A model generated the notes under the pieces. That model was not told the origin of the DNA, did no database searches, and worked only from the letters and a program-made list of their open reading frames with translations. Below, piece by piece: positions 63,994-64,000 of a stretch of 64,000 bases of DNA (position 1 is the first letter of the stretch; every line of letters starts with the position of its first letter). This DNA comes from Anthoceros angustus (taxonomy: Eukaryota; Plantae; Anthocerotophyta): assembly GCA_010909165.1 (NCBI GenBank), contig VJWM01000007.1:558001-622000 (forward strand), in the 5' to 3' direction. A program made the position numbers and the translations under genes.

Positions 63994-64000
63994 CTGAATA

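Overview
Eukaryotic nuclear DNA from a compact land-plant genome, with short ~80-100 nt spliceosomal introns and plant-type gene families. A non-seed plant such as a hornwort is my inference, not something the sequence proves. There are two gene-dense blocks. The first (2-18 kb) holds MON1, a prefoldin-2 pseudogene, SUV3, a box C/D snoRNA, prefoldin-2, CYP57/CWC27, an NTF2-like gene and an RH48-like DEAD-box helicase. The second (45-64 kb) holds CDC48C/NVL, AAR3/DCN1-like, PCFS4/Pcf11, FAP3 and ICME. Between them is an accessory region: a two-gene PIF/Harbinger element, a BtuF-like gene, a tandemly duplicated plastid-type tRNA-binding-domain gene, and decayed Harbinger, LTR, MITE and CRE-like non-LTR elements. 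The most notable item is an intron-containing gene at 23261-26412 (-). It fuses a BtuF-like (cobalamin-binding family) substrate-binding domain, a DUF5522-type Cys motif (CCGNRCRHCPFGH) and a degenerate PP-loop/Dph6-like domain, and is a candidate intracellular B12/metal-cofactor handling module in a land plant. Also notable are a dual-guide 18S methylation snoRNA with decayed tandem paralogs downstream of prefoldin-2 and a cluster of microhomology-bounded tandem duplications. Several frameshifts fall in homopolymer runs and may be assembly errors. All family calls come from motif recognition; no database searches were run.
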